A stretch of 64,000 nucleotides of DNA from Catajapyx aquilonaris (Eukaryota). Below, one piece after another: positions 55,201-64,000 of this stretch (its first letter is position 1; every line of letters begins with the position of its first letter). The notes beneath the pieces are model-generated. The model worked only from the letters and a program-made list of their open reading frames with translations, made no database searches and was not told the DNA's origin. Location: positions 1 to 64,000 of the forward strand of contig KZ538447.1 in NCBI GenBank assembly GCA_000934665.2. Direction: 5' to 3'. Made by a program: the position numbers and the translations under genes.

Positions 55201-57163
55201 GCAAGCGATTAGTCTGTCAGGAGAAAGAGTTGTGGCGTAAACATCGGCTACAGTGTTTAGGCAGATAGGAGTTAGCACGGAAGTGCTCGTCGTCTTTTGG
55301 CGGCGGATCAGTCGACTTGTCAATACGTTTGAGGCCACCATGGTCGCGGCCAACACTGCTCCAGTGCAGTCAAAACACGCCGTATAATGCTGGCATTTAT
55401 AGCGAGTTAAGCGTCGCGCTGAGGTAAATAACCGTAATTCACGATTACATGGTTAACTTGTTGGCATCAACATTGCCTGCAAACAAAGTGTCATTAGAAG
55501 GGCTCGGAAGAAAAAGTCAGGATATTTCGGGAGTTGTGCAAAACAATGCTGTAAAATTGACTGGCGATATTGGTGTATTGTCAAGTAGCCTATATATAAC
55601 TGCGGACACAACTCGAGGTATGCGGTGGGAACTCTAGCCTGACTGTCTGTCTGTCTCTCTCTGGCATGTCCGTTTCATCACTTTTGGCATGTCAGGGCTG
55701 CAAACGAGAGGCACTTATGAAGCAATAACAGCTTGGCATATCCTCTCTCTTTTCATAAAACAAATGCTGATGTTTCTTGGGATGGCACCGTGTGTTTTGT
55801 GGCTTGTTCCATTTTCTCCCGAATGCACCATCACTCTTGTTATACAGTAGTTGATAGTACTATTTCTCCTTTTTCACTACCACATCTACTCACTTCTTGC
55901 TTTACACATCACGCGTGGATGAGGAGCACCACTTGCACCTTACACCTTCTTTGGTGTTATCTCATGGCCATTTTCAATTCTGTTTCAGAAGGATATTACC
56001 ACGAGTAACTGACTTGTCTCATGGGTGAGAAGATTTGAGGTGCTCTAAAGCGGTACACAGCCCTGTGCTGGGCTGTGCCAAACCAGGAGCTAAATATAAA
56101 AATTTCTCATTGTTTTGCTGCTCGTATACAAAAATTATTAAAACTTTTCTGGTGTCATACGCTCAGCGGAAGGTAAAAAGGGCCCTTTGCCAATACCTCT
56201 CTCGTTCTTTTACCACCTGATGGGGATGACGGTGATGATGCAGCTAGTGTAGTCTTTACGTGCGGGATTTTTTTCTTCCCAATTTTGGATGCGCCGATAC
56301 CTCCAATTCCTGGTGTGTGGAGGCATTTACAGGGATGTCGACAGAACCCAGGGAAATACTCGAAGGAAACCCGTGGAAAAGGCAAAGACAGACCATATCA
56401 TGCAGGGGATGTGGCATTGCAAATTTTTGTCATGGTGGTGCGATTCAGTGACCAAATCATTTCAAATCGCAACAGTTGACAGTAATATTGAATGCTTTTT
56501 TTCGAGGGGAGATTGACTTAACTGATCCGCTTCACTGAATCCAGCCACTTGCCAAATCTTGATATTGGAATAAGCGAGCAAGCATCACAGTACCTGTAAA
56601 TGCGCCCCCATTTAACTCTTGGTCACCAGGATGCCTGGCATGCTAGTGTCCTCGAGTTAAACAGTGCTACATTTTCAATTTCAGTGCCTCCAGCTGGCAG
56701 AATTTAGATTGAGCCTTATAGTAGGGTGAATGTAGCTTAGCTTGCGCAGAGGCCGAAATGTGCGGACGCAACCGCAAAGGAGTTGCTCTTTTCTCCTCCA
56801 TTGCAGGATGGACGCCTTTGCTGCAGTGTCGCTGTCGATTGCTATAATGCTGATGGCGCGGATGACCATAACGGAGGCGATCGAGCTGTTGACTTCCGGC
56901 CTGTACTTGGGAGTCCAGTGCTGCCGGGAGCTGCTCCTGTCCAGGTTGAGGATGACACTTCTTCACCCTCTGGAGCCACTGCTACCATCGACATCGATGA
57001 CGACGACCAAGATACTACCACTGTCGCCGAGCATTCCACCAGCACTTCCAGCAGTGGCAGTGAGGTGTCAAAGAACCATCAAACCCCCAAGTACTTGTCC
57101 CAGCAGCGGCAAGACAGTCCCAGTCTTGTCCCTATCCAGCAGACTGCCATTCCCGACAGGTAG
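13208..57163 (+). CDS. NELL: NELL-family secreted protein (NELL1/NELL2-like): signal peptide, LamG/TSPN, coiled coil, 2 VWC, 6 EGF, 3 VWC; about 928 aa
   Basis: 15 GT-AG exons, all phases consistent, total 2787 nt: 13208-13280, 39234-39368, 42803-42953, 43127-43403, 45656-45811, 46668-46796, 47525-47618, 47711-47902, 48271-48390, 48473-48733, 52826-53062, 53127-53240, 53354-53610, 53692-53925, 56807-57163. NELL hallmarks YFELQSSGRKDEIRLHY and QCPQLDSTCPTCGEF. Confidence 0.93.
19872..19979. other. Assembly gap (N run) between poly-G and poly-C tracts
   Basis: 108 N; smaller N runs at 7026, 13855 and 37636 also sit in G/C homopolymers. Confidence 0.98.
21373..21953. repeat. Long degenerate palindrome in NELL intron 1
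   Basis: Core arms 21617-21639 and 21689-21711 (23 bp, 2 G-U) plus several nested outer inverted blocks; outer limits approximate. Confidence 0.7.
39234..39368 (+). CDS. NELL: NELL exon 2
   Basis: ttcttttcAG|VIGVDMGRRNKQVDLIDGLNLHNTTYQGVTLVPGLHTLTPALYLQ|GTAAGG. Confidence 0.9.
42803..42953 (+). CDS. NELL: NELL exon 3 (LamG/TSPN)
   Basis: GDYRELKMP...EFTVLAFVRQEDANSGSIISFSHGYH; donor GTAAGT. Confidence 0.93.
43127..43403 (+). CDS. NELL: NELL exon 4 (LamG/TSPN)
   Basis: RYFELQSSGRKDEIRLHY...WHKLALSVSGNQVELYIDC...LWVGQRNNKHFLYK. Confidence 0.95.
45656..45811 (+). CDS. NELL: NELL exon 5 (LamG end, coiled coil start)
   Basis: GTLQEVKIVAGTNGYLEQCPQLDSTCPTCGEF...LTAR. Confidence 0.93.
46668..46796 (+). 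CDS. NELL: NELL exon 6 (coiled coil end, VWC1)
   Basis: LQEAETRINKVEECDCQRSCRVNGSVHADGATWQEGCEICACV. Confidence 0.93.
47525..47618 (+). CDS. NELL: NELL exon 7 (VWC1 end)
   Basis: TGEIKCRPIQCPKITCKNPVYAPNECCPTCL. Confidence 0.92.
47711..47902 (+). CDS. NELL: NELL exon 8 (VWC2)
   Basis: QCYLRGVLYDHG...CVVCECFNGSMRC...GECCKFCP. Confidence 0.93.
48271..48390 (+). CDS. NELL: NELL exon 9 (EGF1)
   Basis: GVDYCAKGHTCHANASCLNLQTTYACQCISGFQGDGHLCH. Confidence 0.94.
48473..48733 (+). CDS. NELL: NELL exon 10 (calcium-binding EGF2-3)
   Basis: DIDECQEKGGLDGHHC...EHDECSTGDHAC...GYVGDGYTCK. Confidence 0.95.
52826..53062 (+). CDS. NELL: NELL exon 11 (EGF4-5)
   Basis: PVCNQTCLNGGECVSPGECKC...DMDECALGLHQC...CVNMPGWYYCQC. 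Confidence 0.95.
53127..53240 (+). CDS. NELL: NELL exon 12 (EGF6)
   Basis: DIDECAEEIHTCHHSALCKNAQGSYECVCPPGQDDCSR. Confidence 0.93.
53354..53610 (+). CDS. NELL: NELL exon 13 (VWC3, VWC4 start)
   Basis: DCVFQGLEFRNHDVW...CCPQCD...GEQWIYQCQTCECL. Confidence 0.94.
53692..53925 (+). CDS. NELL: NELL exon 14 (VWC4 end, VWC5 start)
   Basis: HGEIDCWPMECPP...GDCCPRCLDDPC...DKCTSCKCR|GTAAGT, phase 0. Confidence 0.94.
54651..54671 (+). CDS. NELL: Candidate NELL cassette microexon (VPICDQL); alternative donor at 54700 gives a 50-nt form
   Basis: TGACTAAC branch point at 54615, ttcttttgcAG acceptor, CTG|GTGAGC donor, TGCATG at 54770. Confidence 0.6.
56807..57163 (+). CDS. NELL: NELL last coding exon (VWC5 end plus acidic S/T-rich tail)
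   Basis: ttttctcctccattgcAG|DGRLCCSVAVDC...IPDR-TAG. Confidence 0.85.
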   Translation, partial: DGRLCCSVAVDCYNADGADDHNGGDRAVDFRPVLGSPVLPGAAPVQVEDDTSSPSGATATIDIDDDDQDTTTVAEHSTSTSSSGSEVSKNHQTPKYLSQQRQDSPSLVPIQQTAIPDR

Positions 57164-58172
57164 AAGTTGGCAGTTCGGAACAAGCGTGGCGGTGGTGACG
57201 GTGGTCGCGGCGGTAGTGGTGGTGACCACGGTGCACAAGTTCTGTTCCTCCCCATCCTCCTCCTCCTCATCTTCCTACTCATCACCATGGTCGTCAACTT
57301 TGTTGCCATCGTCGTCAATGTCATGGCTCCAAGTTCTTAGACTGCTGCTGCTCGGCCTCCTACCACTTCTTTCCTACCACATCATTCCTTGTTTAGTGAT
57401 GCAACGTTGCCTACAAGCATGTCTACTCTTCCTACTCCGAGTGGTGGGCAAAGTCAAGAGGTAACCTCGCGAGAGGAAGGAATGAGCAATTCTAGTCAAG
57501 AGAAAAATTAATTAGATGACTGTGGAGCGAGAGTGATCGAGTGTGTGCTAAGGTTCTATAACTGTACGTGTGAGACAGCGTGGGATACAGTCGTCGCGGT
57601 CCCTCGTGGATGACTGCACCGCGTGCATGAAGAAAAGAAGACTGAACACTTAGTTTTACAGGTCAATAATAGAGTTAAAAGTATGTGTGAGTGTGTCTCC
57701 GCGAATGAGAGTGAGAGAGAAAGAGAATGAACGAGAGTGTGTGAGAAAGAGAGCATCAACCTGAAAAGTGGTCGAGAACATACGATGCATGTGTTGAGAA
57801 GTCATCATTCCTCGGTTGGATATCGCTTTGCGTGACCAAAGTACTCTTTGCACTTGACTCTATAAATAATACATAAATATGTAAGAGAGAGAAAAAGGAA
57901 AATCCAGTCAATGAAGAAAGCTAATTTCTCACCCCTGGCATTTTCGAGCGAGCGCTGCGTTATCTTTACAGGCACTTAATTTGGTGAGGCTGCCACATGT
58001 CTGTGTACGGTATAGTTGTTTATAAACAACTGTGCAGTGTCTTCCTTGGTGTTCAAGAAATTAATATTGCATTGGAAAACGAAACGTGTTCTCCACCATC
58101 GCAATACTGTGACGAAGGCGATTGTTTCCGAAGCAAATGCATACTGTTATGACAATACAGTTTCATAGCTGA

Positions 58173-58207
58173 AATAAAATTATCATGCGACGCTAATCAG
58201 CAATAAA
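58173..58207 (+). terminator. Candidate NELL polyadenylation signals
   Basis: AATAAA at 58173 and 58202, about 1 kb after the stop, followed by T-rich sequence. Confidence 0.35.
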
Positions 58208-61033
58208 TATTCCCTTGTAGTTTTATTCTAATTCAGTTTCAGCCATGGCACATCAACGCAAAAAATAATGCTTATTGTTTAATAACCACATTCATGGTAA
58301 ACAGCAAATATTAACGTATTATAGTACTTATCATGTATGTTCACATACAGTACTGTATATTGCAACTTTATTGTTGAAGAGCGGTGCCAAATTTATCTGT
58401 TCCAAGCTCACAGTGGGATTCTCGTGCCATCTGTCAAACCTTTGCCAAAGCATTTGCCAGCGCTACAAACGCTCAAAATAATAATAAAAAAAGCCTCAAC
58501 ATTGATAATTCATACTTTTTTTCCAACCCAGGTAAGCATTGAGAGATACAGCTTGTTGTAAAAACAGTCAAAACAGTCAAGCGGGCTGTAGCCTATAAAA
58601 TAATAAGGAAAGGGATATACAAAATACACCCACTGCTGTGCTAAGACTTGGAATAGTTGCAATAGAAACACCTACAGTGTCACAGATTGAAATTCACATT
58701 GTATGCCATAGCCACTTTCACAAAATCATTGCGACTATTGCTGTTCTTGGTATTACCACAATATACGCTCGTACTGTGCTCTAATATGATTCTCTTTTGA
58801 CCATGCATTGTCTACATCTATGCTGCTTTATCTGGATTTTCTCACAATAATAATTACCACATGGTCTCTGAAGACTGCGGGTACATGAAAATTGATAAAT
58901 TTAAACATTTATAAAAAATATAGCATACGGTTCAATAAGCCAGTAATCTTTGAATGCCACAAGTTAACAATATATTGATCAAATAATTGATTTACCTTCT
59001 ACTATATAATTTTACCACCTGCAGCACAGAGAGAATCATGTGCAGAGTGAAAAAGTGCAGTAATTTGTTCACAATGATTAGAGAACCTACTACAACCCCC
59101 ATAAAAATATCTAACGGGTACAGCGTAATACAGTATATTTATATTTTATGATACTCATGTGAATATAAATCTAAGTTTATGACTATTTTACCACACAGGG
59201 CCAGATATTCAAAGCTCCACAATTCTGCACTTTAATTCCATTTATAGATTATTCCGCTTTTAAAACATTTACTCTGATCCTTACCGGCAGTATACTGATC
59301 TACTTTTAGCAAATTCAATATATCTGTCGCATTTAATTACGTTGGCATCATCAAATATTATTTGACGCGGCAGTAATGTTGATAATTTTGTCGGTAGAGA
59401 AGTACTGTACCTAATTATGGAATAACTGACGAAATAACATATGCCCAGAAGCTCTTATTTATGTTACACAACAGTAATAAAGTAAGCTTTAAAGATATGT
59501 GCGAGGGCAAGACAATGTAGTATAGCATGATCATGTGCACCAGAGGGTATCCGTTATCTTTTATCGAGAGAAAATACTGCAGATAAGGTACATGTATACT
59601 ATAGGACAGGACATGGTCTTGAATAAGAATGCCAATGAGTTTGGGACACAATATTGTAATAATTTATTGTTGCCATATTCTCTGTATAGACAGTATATGT
59701 AGAGAATTGACCTCCCTTGAATTCGGAATGCATGCATCTACATAGGCCTATATCACGAAAATATTGGAGGAATAATTTCTTCACCGCGAAGATTTTTTCA
59801 AATCGATTTCAGCTCAGTATGTGTAGTTATGCAAATGGGATGGATGCTCAATTGCATTATCGATTCAGGACCTTATCAGCGCTCCTTGGCCCTATATAGA
59901 GGTGACGTTTGGCACGTAGCACCTCATCATCGCTTTTCAATATTGCCTGAGGAACACCAATTAGCTGGAGAGACGCCCTATATAGCATCTAGGCCTATAC
60001 CACTGAAGATCTTCATGCTATCCTTTAAGAAAGCGAACAAAAAATCATTTTGCCCAATTTCCGTAATATCGAGGTTTACAGGTCTGTAAATATAGGCAGA
60101 CAGCACTGGAACAGCAAAAATGTACCACTATAGTGTCAGTACGATTTTATGGTACAAAATCATGAAATCCGAGCAATTTTGAACTACAGGTGTTTTGTAA
60201 GACGCTGTACGAGTATACTCTGAATAATTATATGGCAAATGTTCCAGTAAACTTACCTATATGTATAACTTAGTCTGTGACGTATACTGTACGGTAGGTA
60301 TAGTCTATGCATTATTCAGTAGAAGGCTATCAGGTAAGTCTAAAATTGTCATTCACGATAATATAATGTCGATAAACTAAAGTTACCAGTATACATGTTA
60401 TAGTATAGATTATAATACCCTCACTACATTTTCCCGCGGCTTCTTATTACTGTCGATAAGCAATCAAATGAGATATGACAAGAGCTGATATGATGATAAT
60501 TATCAAATCTCACCCTATCTCCGTGCATGACTTGGCACAGCCTACATTAACTCAGACTAGTGACGCACTACTCTATAGTCTATCTTTCCTCCGTAAAGAC
60601 CGGCAAAGGCTGCTTTCATTCTTTTGCGTTATCGCTAAAAAAGAACATAAATTCTCTCGCTCCCTTTTGCACTCTTTACCAAACTTTCAAACTATCTCCC
60701 AACTAACTGACATGCAGTTTCGTTCGACATGTGAAAGGAATATTTGAGACTACACGTTTCTCTGACCGCTTTGAAGCTACTCATTTTCAGTATATAGGTC
60801 TACCGTCCACGATTACAAGAAGTTTAACTATAGCTGTTGCAAGTGTTGCAACATAACGTAACATCTTTCACGGCACCTATACACTCTTCTGATGATATGA
60901 TGGGCTACATATTATAAACCCTCGCTTTCCTCGTTTGAAGCTATAGCTCAGAACCGGAATTATTTGCCTATACTCACTGTCAGTGATGTGAATAATTTTT
61001 GACGTTTTCCATTTTCCACTCGCTTCTAGTACA

Positions 61034-61034
<1 letters not shown>

Positions 61035-61118
<84 letters not shown>

Positions 61119-61131
61119 TAATAATAATAAT

Positions 61132-61164
<33 letters not shown>

Positions 61165-61167
61165 AAT
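61035..61167. repeat. (TAA)n(CAA)n microsatellite
   Basis: Directly visible. Confidence 0.97.
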
Positions 61168-62287
61168 AGTAAATTAAAATTATGAGCTACCTGAAGTTCA
61201 AAGCTGTCACTGTTTCCTAGTACTGTAGACCTAGGGTACATATATTGAATCAGAGTAAAAAGAAGTATACCGGTATAGTATTTGCCAAAATTAGACCAGG
61301 GGCGTATCCAGACCTTCAACACCGCAATAATAAAGCAGATTAATGCTACAGTATTCCATGGTTAATGATATAAAGCATATCTGTAACATCCACCCAAGAA
61401 ACCTTCCCTTTGGTTTGAATTAACAAAATGTAAAGAGACTCATTTTGACAAAAGCATCTGGAGGTGCCATATGCCAAAGAAGAAAAAAATCAACTCGCAC
61501 GACACCAAGCCGTGGATGTGTTGGCCTGTAGAGGCCAGTTCCCCTTCATCTGCAATATTTCCTGGAGGCTGGAGTGGAAATAAACTTATGTATATTTGGG
61601 GCAATAAAACAATTTCTAGTAAAATAAGAGTAGAACTATTGACTTGACTTCCATGCTCTGCTCTGCTGGAATACTGAGAAAGACGTGAACAGTCCAGGGC
61701 AGTCGATGAGACTCCTTAAATCGCCACTAGATAACTCGCGCCATGCATTACTAATGTCAAAAAAATCAATGAAATATATTGCATTGCTGCCAGATTTAGG
61801 CAGACGCCTTCTCTACACAGTTACTGATTCGCACTTTCTCCCACAAAATTCTTAGTGGTCGTCTCGATTTCTTTTTCACTGGATAGTATGAAACACAGTA
61901 TCCATCCATACGTATCCATGCCTTTGTCCCTCTTGCTCTAATGAAGTATGGATCACCATAATAATTAAATTATGCAGTCAACGTGTTTTTGTGAATGCGC
62001 AATAGCTGATAATCTCTTTGGTGACCGCGATTTTATGAATCAGCTATGACTTTGTAACGGCGATGCTATTTCTGGACCTTTTTATAGTTCCCTTATCCCA
62101 GGCGCCTGACAAGTGAAACCGCAGATTCGCGCACGTTCAGTCGAGACAACGGGGTTCTGCGCTGGTCTGACAAGCAGAAGGAAAAAAAAAAAGCAGAGGA
62201 CCCACCCACCCATCGTCCTTCGCCTGGCCACCGAGCCAGGCAGCCAGCCAGCCCAAACCTCAAGGGGATAGAGCCTGGACGGTCACC

Positions 62288-64000
62288 ATGGCGTACGGCT
62301 CGAGCTTCTCCGCCCCTCGCGTTGGGAACCCAACAGTACTTGAGCAACTTCTGGAAGAGATCTCATTCCAGAGGACCAAGGAGATGAGGCAGCTCATGAA
62401 GGATGGTGAGTGCAGCACAATCGAACCCAATTGACATTTATGGCATGCACTTGTATAGGGAGTTCAGATGAGTCATCACAGAGTCATTGCAATAAATGCA
62501 AGGGCAGCCAACATAACACAAAATAAATGGTCATAGAGTAATGCTGTAATCAGTTAATGAATGATAGTTACTCAGTTTCATCATACACCGTCATACATTT
62601 CTATGACATTTTGCCTGACATTATTCATATTGACATCAGCTGACTCGCATTAGTTGCAAAAAGGGATAGGTAGTTTGGGTACTTGCATGTACTTAGCCAT
62701 CATAATGAGAGTGCCAATGTGAGTAACCTTTAGCAATGAAGGCAAATGATTAGGCCTGTAGCGAACTCATTTCCTTGCAAAAATATGTAAGTGTTCCCAA
62801 ACCCATTCCAAGCAAAATACTTGATAACCACACATTATAACTGCAATATATGTAAATGCAAGCATCTCCAAAAACCTTTCATATACAGCAGCATAATCAC
62901 TCCATTTCCTTATTTAAAAAGCAATACCTGCAATGAGCAGTATGGTCAAGTGTTGATCACCTGCTTCAATCAAACCAATTCAGCTCGCTGCAATAGTTTA
63001 ATGGAGGGGACAAGCGACACTTAACTTTACTGCACATTGCAAGTACCAATGCAATTTTTTTCCTAATGATGGCAAAATAACCCCTTGATCATCTCAGTTT
63101 ATGTTATTGTTATTGTATGTTTCTTTCTCAGTGCTACATCACAGGGTAAATTTCTGACTAATGTTGTAACAGTAGTCTACCAATGTGTAGCAAAATAATC
63201 TCACTTTTTTGTAGGAAAAAATAAGTTTTGTGTCAGGAATATCACACATTTCAGGAAGTTGTATCTGCTTTTCTAACTTTACTTATAACATAAAATTATG
63301 CATCAAACTACTTAGCTTAGATTCATTTTTAACATAGTCTCCTTTGACATGAAGTGTATTGTTTCTTATTGTATTTAAGTTCATTTCAAAATTCATGATA
63401 TGATGTGGTAGCTAATGTAAAGTGCAAAGTAATGCAAGGTATTTACAGTGGTTGTGTGACCCATCACATAATTTTAACAATTGACATAGCACCTTATTTG
63501 CAGATTATGGATTTGTCATGCTTCAAGGCACAACATATTGGACCGACCTTTTTGTGCGGCACTTTTTATTCCAGCCCGAGCATAGCATAGATTGTGATGA
63601 TCTCCTTTTTTTTGTACGCAAGAGACATGTCAAGGGCACTCCCAGCTACTTTCCCAAATTCCAGGTAAGGATTTACATTTACATTTACAAAAGCTGTTCA
63701 TATTGGCCTGTTTCAAAACGTGTCATGTTGATATCCTCAGACCGAAATTGAAGTGTTCAGGCGAGACAGTAAGAAGCTACCAATAGGAGATCCTGACATT
63801 GACTGGGAGGAGACAGTGTACCTCAATTTAATCATTCACCAGTTTGACTACACGTTGACGTTGGCTATATGCACAAGAACTAGTCCCAAAGACCTGCAGG
63901 TTCTAAAGCGTCACTCACAGGCAAGCATTGTGCATGTGACAAAGTTAAGGGTCTTCAAACTAACTTGGCCTCTCTGTTTGTAGAAAGTATACGCATCGCC
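62288..64000 (+). CDS. KIAA0930: KIAA0930 homologue (DUF2045 family), 5' part; continues beyond the window
   Basis: Exons 62288-62405, 63504-63664, 63741-63920, 63984->64000, phases consistent; WTDLFVRHFL...DDLLFFVRK...EVFRRDSKKLPIGDPDIDWEETVYLNLI...HSQ|KVYASP. Confidence 0.9.

Noticed and set aside
55989..56024. Strong acceptor (ttctgtttcAG) as another NELL cassette exon
   Set aside because: The available donors give a 16-nt phase-1 exon or a 36-nt exon with an in-frame TGA; neither fits either open frame of the last exon
61026..61322. Poly-Leu ORF on the minus strand
   Set aside because: Translation of a (TAA)n/(CAA)n microsatellite

Overview
Eukaryotic (animal, probably arthropod-like) genomic DNA, so most of the supplied ORFs are noise and the genes had to be rebuilt from splice sites. 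Three spliced genes are supported. (1) Minus strand, 8315 down to 243 or beyond: a highly divergent VRK/CK1-group kinase with degenerate catalytic motifs (likely pseudokinase). It is fused to a domain resembling the SENP6/7 PH-like domain and ends in three tandemly duplicated acidic exons. (2) Plus strand, 13208-57163: a complete NELL-family gene (signal peptide, LamG/TSPN, coiled coil, 5 VWC, 6 EGF; 15 phase-consistent exons, about 928 aa) with a 26-kb first intron. (3) Plus strand, 62288 to the window end: the 5' part of a KIAA0930 homologue with a GC-AG intron. The most unusual signal is the NELL 3' end: a cassette microexon with two candidate donors (21 or 50 nt), a last exon open in two frames, and an in-frame furin site plus transmembrane-like segment directly behind the amber stop. 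Together these suggest a secreted versus membrane-anchored switch. Several MITEs, a tRNA-derived SINE, microsatellites and long palindromes are also present. All homology calls come from recalled family motifs, not database searches.
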